Below the pieces are notes generated by a model that searched no databases, was not told the origin of the DNA, and saw only the letters and a list, made by a program, of their open reading frames with translations. From a virus (Duplodnaviria > Caudoviricetes): DNA of 30,349 bases. Below are positions 8,607 through 16,838 of the stretch, in pieces. Location of the stretch: IMG/VR virus record IMGVR_UViG_3300020045_020772, positions 1 to 30,349 of that record. The stretch is one strand, 5' to 3'. The position numbers and the translations under genes are program-made. How positions within the stretch are numbered: the first letter of the stretch is position 1; every line of letters starts with the position of its first letter.

Positions 8607-9589
8607 TCGAAATACCTTTCAGCAACGGAAATACCTATCTCCTGAAAAATAGATGGGAAGAACTTACTCCTGATCAGTACAAGTCGATTCTCGATTATAT
8701 TGCCCTGCTTATGAATGGCGATATCACCATACAGCAACTGCGCATTAAAACATTTTTTATTCTGTCTGGTCAAAAACCACACGCCTATCGCAACCGTAAT
8801 AAATCGGATCAGCAGGCCGAGAATGTTTATCGCATGGCTTTTCAAATGAACTTCATGCTTCGGGTTGAGTACGAAAATTCGAAAGCACTCACAAAATTGA
8901 AAAAGGCCACAAGGGATCTGCTTACCCGGTATCTTCCTGAAGAATTAAGCGAAACGCCTGAAGTTCGCTGGGCATCAAAAGCAGTGAATACAATTAAGCC
9001 AGACCTGGTATTTGCCAAAAACCTGATCCCATCTATTGGGAGAAGGCTTCACCAGTACAAGGGTTATACATTCGAAGTTGAAGATAATATTCTGATGACT
9101 TCGCTGACTACATCACAGTTTATCGATGCTCAAACCGTAGCACTCGAAATTCAACAAACCGGATCCGAATCGTTACTTAATTTACTTGTAGCCATTCTTT
9201 ACTCCGGAAACTTTTACAGTGCTTTGCAATCGGGGCAAACAGCCAAGACACTCGGATGGCTCAATCTGGAAACCAAAAAGGCTATTTTCATCAACTTCAA
9301 TGCCATTCAAACCTATCTCACCACGAGAACTAAGTATGCGATATTATTCAATGACTCGGTGGCTGAGCCTGTCGAAGCCAAGCATAACTTAGGACTTGGA
9401 TCAGTCGCTCACTCGCTCATCAAAGCCGGTTATGGCGATATCGACAACAGTAACCTGGTTAAGTTTTTCGAGATCATGTATTCCGATCTGGTCAATAATG
9501 TAGTTAGCCTGCACAAGCAAGGCAACAACATTGATAAGATTTCAGAAATGACCGGACTGTCACTATCCAAAATCAATCAAATATTATGA
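8603..9589 (+). CDS. Phage virion-module hypothetical protein
   Basis: 328 aa, ATGA overlap, conserved in both copies; C-terminus looks HTH-like (IDKISEMTGLSLSKINQIL). Confidence 0.85.
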   Translation: MIEIPFSNGNTYLLKNRWEELTPDQYKSILDYIALLMNGDITIQQLRIKTFFILSGQKPHAYRNRNKSDQQAENVYRMAFQMNFMLRVEYENSKALTKLKKATRDLLTRYLPEELSETPEVRWASKAVNTIKPDLVFAKNLIPSIGRRLHQYKGYTFEVEDNILMTSLTTSQFIDAQTVALEIQQTGSESLLNLLVAILYSGNFYSALQSGQTAKTLGWLNLETKKAIFINFNAIQTYLTTRTKYAILFNDSVAEPVEAKHNLGLGSVAHSLIKAGYGDIDNSNLVKFFEIMYSDLVNNVVSLHKQGNNIDKISEMTGLSLSKINQIL

Positions 9590-10152
9590 GCATTCAACTG
9601 CATCCGCAAATACTTCGCGAGGCATTCATGTACTTCGCCAAATATCCTAAAATAGATGGGGTTATCTCTTCCATGTTTTGCGCCAATAAAACCGAAGTAT
9701 CCGGATATTCAGAGCTTCAGACTTCGCTGGTTGCTTTGGATCCACAATCATTGGTTCCTGAAATACTCAACTTCCTGTTTTCGTCGAACGAGGATAAGCT
9801 GAAGAAAAGTATTGAAGATACTACCGGAGCATTTATGCTGCTCGACTATGGTCAGTTATCGTGCTCCCAAGATAATGTGATGCGTAAAAACGATGAACTG
9901 GAACTGGGCATCATTATTGCCCGAAAGATGAACCCTGATCATTACGACATGGCCGAAACCTTACTGATGCACGACGAGCTATTGAATCTCATCCGCAAAG
10001 TTCGTGAGCAAATGATCGAAGACTCCAAATATCATCCGTTCGTAAAGCAAATCACATTTCCACACCGAATCATGCCTTGGTATGCCCGCGAATTAGGCCA
10101 CGCCACTGGCTTCTCCATGATGTTTTCGAAGTCGGGCATTGATATGATGTAA
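9586..10152 (+). CDS. Phage virion-module hypothetical protein (possible neck/tail-completion)
   Basis: 188 aa, ATGA overlap, conserved in both copies. Confidence 0.8.
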   Translation: MSIQLHPQILREAFMYFAKYPKIDGVISSMFCANKTEVSGYSELQTSLVALDPQSLVPEILNFLFSSNEDKLKKSIEDTTGAFMLLDYGQLSCSQDNVMRKNDELELGIIIARKMNPDHYDMAETLLMHDELLNLIRKVREQMIEDSKYHPFVKQITFPHRIMPWYARELGHATGFSMMFSKSGIDMM

Positions 10153-10179
10153 AATCAAATTTTCGTTTTACATTTACAG

Positions 10180-10295
10180 CGCCAAACCATTTTCAATAAA
10201 TAATTACCGAAGTCCAAAAGGGAAAACCTTCCCCAGTGGCATCTTTTGGAATACTTCGGTATTTATTAGAGTGGTTTGGCGACCTGCTGCTGGGG
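10180..10295 (+). ncRNA. Structured RNA (C4/CI-antisense-like)
   Basis: CGCCAAACCA/TGGTTTGGCG, AATAAATA/TATTTATT, ACCGAAGT/ACTTCGGT, CCAAAAG/CTTTTGG stems; upstream TACATTTA (-7-like, 10169-10176); structure kept in the sister copy. Confidence 0.6.
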
Positions 10296-10329
10296 TCTTT
10301 ATTTTCCACTCGTAAACTCCGCTTTTTTA

Positions 10330-10366
10330 TTTCGTTCAATTGGCTTAACTTGCATGGATAAACCAA
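10330..10366 (+). promoter_or_regulatory. Putative moron promoter shared with 1764-1800 (minus)
   Basis: 37-nt block with 3 differences placed before two unrelated secreted-protein genes; contains TAACTTGC (-7-like). Confidence 0.6.
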
Positions 10367-10377
10367 TATTCAATCCA

Positions 10378-10935
10378 ATGAAAAAACTATTGTTCTTAAT
10401 CCTATTCCTTCCTTTATTTTCATTTGCTCAGGAGTATTCTGAAGTTATTGAAGTTCCCAATAAAAAGTCAGACCAACTTTATAAAAAAGCAAACGAATGG
10501 GTTGCGCTAACCTTTAAATCAGCCAATGATGTAATACAATTAAATGATCCTATTGAAATGAAAATAATAGGTAAGGGAATAAAAAAAGTGCATTATTTAA
10601 TGAATAATTATCCAGCATTTTATGATGTATATTTTACTTTGTTGATTCAGTTCAAGGATAATCGTTTAAAATACAATATTCAGTCTACTGAATTAAAAGC
10701 AAGCGGTAATGTTTCATATACATACGATAAACTTAAAGCAGTAACAACAGTTGAAGGTCAAACAGAATATATTAAAAGCATTGGTGCCTCTCCTTGGGTG
10801 ATTGGTAAGAAACAGATACAGAAAAGTGTTGATGGAAACATACTCGCTGTTACTGAAATTGAAAAGGAACTGCATGCTATAATAAATGATCTTATTTCAA
10901 CATTGAAAAAGGAAGACAATAAAGACAATTGGTAA
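10378..10935 (+). CDS. Secreted DUF4468 (TBP-like fold) domain protein (moron)
   Basis: Signal peptide MKKLLFLILFLPLFSFA-Q; YSEVIEVPN..QLY..A.EW...F.....VIQ..D....IIGKG and I.FKD.R.KY pattern of DUF4468. Start moved from 10276. Confidence 0.75.
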   Translation: MKKLLFLILFLPLFSFAQEYSEVIEVPNKKSDQLYKKANEWVALTFKSANDVIQLNDPIEMKIIGKGIKKVHYLMNNYPAFYDVYFTLLIQFKDNRLKYNIQSTELKASGNVSYTYDKLKAVTTVEGQTEYIKSIGASPWVIGKKQIQKSVDGNILAVTEIEKELHAIINDLISTLKKEDNKDNW

Positions 10936-10937
10936 TC

Positions 10938-11048
10938 ATGTACGACCTGTCTAAGAACATCTGGAATAAAAGGATTAAACCAAATTTAGTCATCGGTTTA
11001 ATCGTTTTGATAATCTTACTGCTGCTTTCCTTATTCGGCATCATTTAA
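10938..11048 (+). CDS. Small 36-aa single-pass membrane peptide
   Basis: MYDLSKNIWNKRIKPNLVIGLIVLIILLLLSLFGII*; starts 2 nt after the DUF4468 stop and ends just before the terminator; below the ORF-track cutoff. Confidence 0.6.
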   Translation: MYDLSKNIWNKRIKPNLVIGLIVLIILLLLSLFGII

Positions 11049-11050
11049 GC

Positions 11051-11085
11051 AAAAAACCCAGCTATTCGGCTGGGTTTTCTTTTTT
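11051..11085. terminator. Bidirectional intrinsic terminator
   Basis: AAAAAACCCAGC-TATTCG-GCTGGGTTTTCTTTTT between convergent genes. Confidence 0.8.
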
Positions 11086-11269
11086 AAATTCCTTTTAATG
11101 TTTCAATCTGCCTTCGAAGTTTAGCAATATATTCTTTCATTGCTATTTCAATGGCTTCTTGTCTCACAGGTTTCATCCCTGTCACATCCTTAAATTCATT
11201 TAAAGTCTTATCAAAATCAGCGATTACGTCAGAATCGATTTTGAAGCTAATTTGTTGTTTTTCGCCCAT
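11084..11269 (-). CDS. Ribbon-helix-helix (Arc/CopG-like) DNA-binding protein
   Basis: KQQISFKID strand, then helix, then RQEAIEIAMKEYI helix; divergent from the KilA-N gene. Confidence 0.65.
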   Translation of the reverse strand: MGEKQQISFKIDSDVIADFDKTLNEFKDVTGMKPVRQEAIEIAMKEYIAKLRRQIETLKGI

Positions 11270-11408
11270 CGATATAAGTATTAGTCAGACAAATTTAAAA
11301 AGAATTATTAATACATTAAAACAATTATAAAAATACATTAAGAAATATTTGGAAATATAAAGAAATATAGATTAAATTTGTAAATGTTTAATTTTAAAAC
11401 TTAACGCT

Positions 11409-11963
11409 ATGATCGTAAAGAAAAGTTTTGGTGGTTCTGAAGTTGAATTCGAACCTTTTGTTGCAAATGGTAATGTAATGGTTAATGCTACCGAAATGGC
11501 AAAGATTTTTGACAAACAGGTTGTTGCTTTTACAAGAAACGAAACGACACAAGCATTCATTAATGAGTGTTTAAAAAGTGAGAATTCTCACTATTTAGGC
11601 ATTACGAATTTGGATGATTTGATCATTTCAAAACAAAAATCTGGTACTTGGATGCATCGTATTTTGGCGCTTAAATTTGCGGCATGGTTAAATCCATCGT
11701 TCGAACTTTGGGTTTATCAAACCATCGAAGAAATAATGTTTGGTTTTTCACGTGAGCAAGATCAATCTATTCGCCGTACAATCTTGCTTCAGTACGAAAT
11801 GAATCAAATTGAAAAGAGCCTAAATCGTTCAGGTGAAGATTTCGATCGTTACATGAAATTGCAAAACGAGTTAGTTTTTGAACGTACTATTCGCTCGCAA
11901 GCTACCAAGCAACGTTTCCGCGAATTCTACAAGTTCTTTGTTTCAACCATGAAATCGAACTAA
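11409..11963 (+). CDS. KilA-N domain protein (antirepressor-like)
   Basis: VMVNATEMAKIF and GTWMHRILALKFAAWLNPSFELWV KilA-N signatures; TAAATTTG -7 element at 11373-11380. Confidence 0.85.
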   Translation: MIVKKSFGGSEVEFEPFVANGNVMVNATEMAKIFDKQVVAFTRNETTQAFINECLKSENSHYLGITNLDDLIISKQKSGTWMHRILALKFAAWLNPSFELWVYQTIEEIMFGFSREQDQSIRRTILLQYEMNQIEKSLNRSGEDFDRYMKLQNELVFERTIRSQATKQRFREFYKFFVSTMKSN

Positions 11964-11969
11964 AACAAC

Positions 11970-12012
11970 AATCCCCCGGAACTCAGGTGCGACTAACACC
12001 TGCCGGGGGATT
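11970..12012 (+). other. Stem-bulge-stem hairpin between the KilA-N and 87-aa genes
   Basis: ATCCCCCGG-AACT-CAGGTG-CGACTAA-CACCTG-CCGGGGGAT; no poly-T tail. Confidence 0.65.
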
Positions 12013-12042
12013 CATTAAACTCACATTTAACACCACAAAAGT

Positions 12043-12306
12043 ATGAAAAATCAGGAAGTAAAAACAGAAAATTGCACCATCGTTAATGGAGTAATGCTTA
12101 CCGATAAGGCAATCGATCGTTTGCAAGAAATGCAGGCTCACAACAATGAATCACTCGAAAACTCGCTGCGTATTATTAAAGATGCAGTTTTCCTTCTTGC
12201 CCGCCATTACGACGATTTTAAAGGAGAAGAACTCGATAAAGTCAATTATCTGAAATTTGAGCTTACCTTTGTTTACGATAACTTTAAAGAACTCGCCAGA
12301 CCATGA
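12043..12306 (+). CDS. Phage hypothetical protein
   Basis: 87-aa ORF, A-rich upstream region, overlaps the next start; absent from the sister copy. Confidence 0.75.
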   Translation: MKNQEVKTENCTIVNGVMLTDKAIDRLQEMQAHNNESLENSLRIIKDAVFLLARHYDDFKGEELDKVNYLKFELTFVYDNFKELARP

Positions 12307-12560
12307 CCGAACCATCAGAATTCATCGAACAAATTATACACCAGTTCTCCTCCTGGTATGCTCCTGCAACCGACATTGCCCATGCCACCGACTTTTTAAG
12401 TACTGCCGAAATTGTTGAAGCGCTTAATCAGTTTCATCCCGGTGCAAAAGTAAACGACGAACAAATATTCGATGCCCTTACCGCTGCCGGTTACCACTAC
12501 GCTCCTGCTCCCGGTAAAATGACCTTCCAACTCACATGGATGATCATCCGAAAATCATAA
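12303..12560 (+). CDS. Phage hypothetical protein
   Basis: 85 aa, conserved with 647-913. Confidence 0.85.
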   Translation: MTEPSEFIEQIIHQFSSWYAPATDIAHATDFLSTAEIVEALNQFHPGAKVNDEQIFDALTAAGYHYAPAPGKMTFQLTWMIIRKS

Positions 12561-12564
12561 CCCG

Positions 12565-12593
12565 GTAGAGACAAGGCAATGCCTTGTCTCTAC
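12565..12593. repeat. GTAG-type REP-like palindrome / terminator
   Basis: GTAGAGACAAGGCAATGCCTTGTCTCTAC followed by TTTTT. Confidence 0.75.
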
Positions 12594-12599
12594 TTTTTA

Positions 12600-12635
12600 T
12601 GTCCTTTCTGCCAATCTAGCCCAATCCGATCTTTG
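12600..12635 (+). promoter_or_regulatory. Putative late promoter TGTCCTTT-N20-GATCTTTG
   Basis: Motif upstream of the 135-aa/tape-measure operon. Confidence 0.75.
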
Positions 12636-12656
12636 ATTCAGTAAATAACTGAATCC

Positions 12657-13064
12657 ATGATTTCCGATAAATTCATACGAGGTCAACTTTATTCTGAATT
12701 CACAGCCCAGGTACTGCGCAATGCAGCGCCTAAAATTATGAGTGAGCAGGCCGATCGTGTCGAAGCTTTTTATAATTATCGTTCTGGCCACATTGTCGAC
12801 TCCCTGATGAACCAATCATTTAGGGTTATGAATATGGGCGATGGAGCTGTTTTGCAATTCGACTACCTGCTCGATATTCGTTTCCTCGATATTAAAACAA
12901 CAGCATTAGGTAAGAAAAAAAGAGTGTACGGTCCGGTGTACAATAAGCCGCTTTGGGGCTATGTGTACGGTTACATCTTCGGAACTCTCCGCTATGGTTT
13001 GACTCAAAAAGTACAAACCGAAATATTCGACATGATTCGTGAATCCTATAAAAAACCACTATAA
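12657..13064 (+). CDS. Phage virion-module hypothetical protein
   Basis: 135 aa, TAATG overlap with the tape-measure-like gene; conserved in the sister fragments. Confidence 0.8.
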   Translation: MISDKFIRGQLYSEFTAQVLRNAAPKIMSEQADRVEAFYNYRSGHIVDSLMNQSFRVMNMGDGAVLQFDYLLDIRFLDIKTTALGKKKRVYGPVYNKPLWGYVYGYIFGTLRYGLTQKVQTEIFDMIRESYKKPL

Positions 13065-15514
13065 TGAGCTTAAAGAAAGACGTCATCGGTGCAGAAGTGC
13101 AAATCGGCTCGAACGAAGCCCAGAAATCGTTAAGCGATCTGGCTCAAAAAACATCATCGCTGGCTAACGAAAACGATAGGCTTCGGATATCGCAGGCCAA
13201 ACTCAAAGCGCTGGGTAAAGAGAGCAGCGAAGAATATAAAAAGGTAACTGCTGCCATTGCCGAAAATAGCAAAGAGATAAAAGGTAACCAGTCGCAAATG
13301 GATGCGCTCCGGAAAACAATAGGGCTATCCGATATGTCGATGAAGCAGCTAAAGGTTCAGGCTTTGAATTTGCGTCGCGAATTGAGTAGCATGAACCAAA
13401 GTGCGGATCCTGCCAGATGGGAGCAGCTTAATACCCAATTGGTAGCCACCGAGCGACAGATGGCAACGGTACGCGGAACTATTGGAACTACCTCCAGCTT
13501 TATTGGCAGTCTTGGTACCAGCCTTGCATCAATACCTGGTCCTGTTGGTGCCGTAATCCAAAGCATTACCGGAATGGGTAAGGCTTTATGGGTTTTGGTA
13601 GCCAATCCAATAGGAGCAACCATTGCTGTTATCGTTGGTGGACTGATGCTGCTTTATAAAGCATTTACCAGTACCGACTCAGGAGCTGTTGCCATGGCCG
13701 GAACATTTAAAGTAATCGGAAATGTTCTCGATATCCTGATCGATCGAACGATGAGTTTTTATAAAATGCTTGGCTCTATCGTTACCCTCGACTGGCAGGG
13801 ATTCAAAAAGAACGGATATGACGCTTTTGTAGGGTTAGGCAAAGCAATTACCGATACAGCCAATGCCGGGTGGAACTATGCAGAGGTGATGGATGCTATT
13901 GATGATCGTGAGGCCGCAGCATCAAATAGAATGGCAAAACTTAGGGTTGATATTGAAAAACTGAAAAATCTCTCTAAAGATCAGACTAAAACCAATAAAG
14001 AAAAAATGGATGCTGCACAGTTGGCTATTGATAAGGAAATTGAGCTGAATAAAATTGAAACTGGATTCATAACCGAGCGCAATAATGCTGAAACAATGAA
14101 TCTAGCATCAAAAATTCAGAACGGTAAATTAACAATGGCACAAAAGGAAGCTCAATTAAAACAATGGTTAGCAGTAGATGATAGTGAATTAGAATCGCTT
14201 GCTGCAAAAGATGCTGCGTTTGCTGATTTTGTAAATAAAAATGAAAAAGAATTCCAAGCAATGCAGAAAAGTAAGGCTGATGAAATAATGAAAGAAGCTG
14301 AATTAGCCAAGGAAACAAGACGATTAGAATCATCATTATCTGGATTTAAAAAAGACCTAATTGATGAACAGGTAAAGAAAAATGAGGAGGCAGCGCAGAA
14401 GGCAACCAAAGCTCTTGATACTGGACACGCTTCTGAAATATTAAGAATTAAGCAATACTATTCTGACAAGGAAAATCTGGATAAAGAATCGAAAGCTAGG
14501 ATATTAGCCTCTGATTTAGCTTATCTAATGGCAAAATCAAAATTGGAGCCTGATGAAACAAAAAAAATTGAGTTACAATCCCAAATAATTGAAAAACAAA
14601 AGGAATATAATGCAGCATTGAAGGAAGCTACACCCGAATTAATACTTACACGAGGTGAAATTGACAGTTTAAATACAAGTTTATTTGAACAGGTTAAGCT
14701 TTTAGGGATAGCAGCTAAAAAACAGAACGAAGGTTCAGACGCAACCGAAGAACTGAGAATTAAAACGGAAAAACAAAGAGATATGATCCTTAGTTCTGCC
14801 GATGCACTTGGAGAAGCTCTTTATGATCTTGCGTCTGGAGGTGAAGATGCATTAAGGAATGCAGCTAAAACAATGATCAATTTTGCCCTTGATATGCTAA
14901 AAGTTCAAGTTGAAATTGCGATGGCAAAGGCAACAATTGAATCACTTACTCAACCAGATTCTGTTGCAACTTTTGGTGCTACCGGTCTTGTTAGAGCTGC
15001 AATTATGGTCGGATTAATTGAAGCAGCTTTTGCTGGAGTAAAGGGATTAGTAAATAATGCGATGGGTGGTTCAAAGCAATCCGGTGGTTTTGCCGAAACA
15101 GCAGCTTCCGATTCCACTCCAGTTGGTACCTACCACGCCAATGAGTTTATTGGTTCCGCACCATCGGCTCGTAATCCATCTATCAGGCAGGTGTACAACA
15201 TCATCGATTTAGCGCAAAAGCAAGGCCGGGTGGCAACGCTTAATCTCCCTGCAGTAATGGCATCAATGGGTATGCTGCCTAATGGAAGGCAAAACGGTGG
15301 TTTTGAATCTTCGCAAACTAATTCCGGTTCTCCAGTCATCATCCCAGGCGCTTCCCCTGATCCTGCTCTCACTGATGCCATCAACCTAAATACTCAAGCC
15401 ATTGCTCTGTTGATGAAACGTGGTGTATCGTTCCCAATGGTGGCCTCACTCAAAAAAATGAAAGAAGTGGAAGACTTGCTCAATCAAACCGGAATGGGAG
15501 GATTTAATAAATAG
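13064..15514 (+). CDS. Tape-measure-like protein
   Basis: 816 aa, long Ala/Lys/Glu-rich helical coiled-coil stretches, hydrophobic ANPIGATIAVIVGGL segment, C-terminal GGF...GTYHANEF motif typical of tape measures. Confidence 0.75.
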   Translation: MSLKKDVIGAEVQIGSNEAQKSLSDLAQKTSSLANENDRLRISQAKLKALGKESSEEYKKVTAAIAENSKEIKGNQSQMDALRKTIGLSDMSMKQLKVQALNLRRELSSMNQSADPARWEQLNTQLVATERQMATVRGTIGTTSSFIGSLGTSLASIPGPVGAVIQSITGMGKALWVLVANPIGATIAVIVGGLMLLYKAFTSTDSGAVAMAGTFKVIGNVLDILIDRTMSFYKMLGSIVTLDWQGFKKNGYDAFVGLGKAITDTANAGWNYAEVMDAIDDREAAASNRMAKLRVDIEKLKNLSKDQTKTNKEKMDAAQLAIDKEIELNKIETGFITERNNAETMNLASKIQNGKLTMAQKEAQLKQWLAVDDSELESLAAKDAAFADFVNKNEKEFQAMQKSKADEIMKEAELAKETRRLESSLSGFKKDLIDEQVKKNEEAAQKATKALDTGHASEILRIKQYYSDKENLDKESKARILASDLAYLMAKSKLEPDETKKIELQSQIIEKQKEYNAALKEATPELILTRGEIDSLNTSLFEQVKLLGIAAKKQNEGSDATEELRIKTEKQRDMILSSADALGEALYDLASGGEDALRNAAKTMINFALDMLKVQVEIAMAKATIESLTQPDSVATFGATGLVRAAIMVGLIEAAFAGVKGLVNNAMGGSKQSGGFAETAASDSTPVGTYHANEFIGSAPSARNPSIRQVYNIIDLAQKQGRVATLNLPAVMASMGMLPNGRQNGGFESSQTNSGSPVIIPGASPDPALTDAINLNTQAIALLMKRGVSFPMVASLKKMKEVEDLLNQTGMGGFNK

Positions 15515-15542
15515 TTATAATTCATCATTTATAATTAATTTC

Positions 15543-15578
15543 TGTCCTTTCTCCACCGCTCTGGACGTCCTATCTTCG
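15543..15578 (+). promoter_or_regulatory. Putative late promoter TGTCCTTT-N20-TATCTTCG
   Basis: Motif upstream of the tail operon. Confidence 0.75.
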
Positions 15579-15611
15579 ATTCAGTAAATCAGTAATTCAA
15601 TCCTTCAGTCT

Positions 15612-16835
15612 ATGATCAATCATTCCATATATGGCGGCATAGTTCAGTTATCGGCTAATAATGTCGAGATTGAAGTAACAAACGACGATGTAATGGGAGA
15701 ATCTCCCAGGGCATTGCTGAAAGTAATCAGCACCGATGAAGCTGTAGCCGGTGGTCCATTTATCGACTCTAAAGAATGGATCGAGCAGGACGATGATATC
15801 TGGTTGGCTATTTTTGATTTTCAGGAGTATTTTGATGCACCGGTTGATTATGGATTCACATTTCCATACGGGAACGACATTGCAATCAAACATCCGCTCC
15901 GCGCTTTCGATCTTTCTATTCTGGCCGGATGTTCGTACATCGATAACGACATTACCCACTACACGCCCGATGTGCCCGAAACAAATACCTACGGAACTAA
16001 AATTGAGTTGTGGCAGGCCGTAGAAAATGCAGTTCCAATCCGCATACTAAAGGGTGGTATCAGTCAGCATCAAAAATCGTTATACAACGAAGCCGGTATA
16101 AACTTTTATCAGGATTTTATCCAGGGCAATAAGTTCCTGACCAATCGCCCAAATAATCAGCTCATCGCCTACGATCAGCCGCTGCGCTTGTGGTACATAT
16201 TACCCGAAACCGAACAAGTTTCGCGGCAGCTCATTGTTGAATACATTTCTGCTATCGGCGAAACCGTCATTTCATCAAATGACATTACGTTAGATCCTGA
16301 TGGCGAATACGAATTTATACTCGACCCGGCTAAATTGGGAATTCCGGCCGATGCTATTCAGATGTCGGTTTATCAATCGGCTAATGATGTTCAGGTAGGA
16401 GAAAAACGCACGTTCATTTTTGACTCCAATTACTACGAAAACAATACTTTCTTTTTCTTCAGTAATTCGAAATCGGGCATCGACGATTTTTGGATGACCG
16501 GAGCCATTAAAACCGGATTACCCATCGAAAGTAAAACCGGGATTCAAACACTTGGACGTGATGCCAAAACCCAAAACCGTGGCGTAGTGGTAACAGGTAA
16601 AACCGGATCGCGTAAATGGGCGATCTTTCCGGGCAATCGGTTAACCGTTGAAGACATGGAAGCGTTGCAGGATCTATTGTATTCGAAGTTTATTTGGATC
16701 ATCTGGAAAGGGCAAACTGTGCCGGTCAATCTCGAAGACAGCGATTTCAATCTCACCGACACCATGAACGATCTGGCGATAAACGACGAACTGGAATTGG
16801 TATTTACCGAAGGACATAAGAACTCACATTATTAA
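15612..16835 (+). CDS. Putative tail/baseplate structural protein
   Basis: 407 aa, acidic and beta-rich, follows the tape measure; F.F.NS.SG.D motif. Confidence 0.65.
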   Translation: MINHSIYGGIVQLSANNVEIEVTNDDVMGESPRALLKVISTDEAVAGGPFIDSKEWIEQDDDIWLAIFDFQEYFDAPVDYGFTFPYGNDIAIKHPLRAFDLSILAGCSYIDNDITHYTPDVPETNTYGTKIELWQAVENAVPIRILKGGISQHQKSLYNEAGINFYQDFIQGNKFLTNRPNNQLIAYDQPLRLWYILPETEQVSRQLIVEYISAIGETVISSNDITLDPDGEYEFILDPAKLGIPADAIQMSVYQSANDVQVGEKRTFIFDSNYYENNTFFFFSNSKSGIDDFWMTGAIKTGLPIESKTGIQTLGRDAKTQNRGVVVTGKTGSRKWAIFPGNRLTVEDMEALQDLLYSKFIWIIWKGQTVPVNLEDSDFNLTDTMNDLAINDELELVFTEGHKNSHY

Positions 16836-16838
16836 GCG

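Noticed and set aside
10276-10377. N-terminal extension of the 219-aa ORF (likewise 24410-24493, 1753-1776 and 25991-26014)
   Set aside because: These overlap promoter, RNA-structure or upstream-gene sequence; the downstream ATGs give clean signal peptides or better starts.
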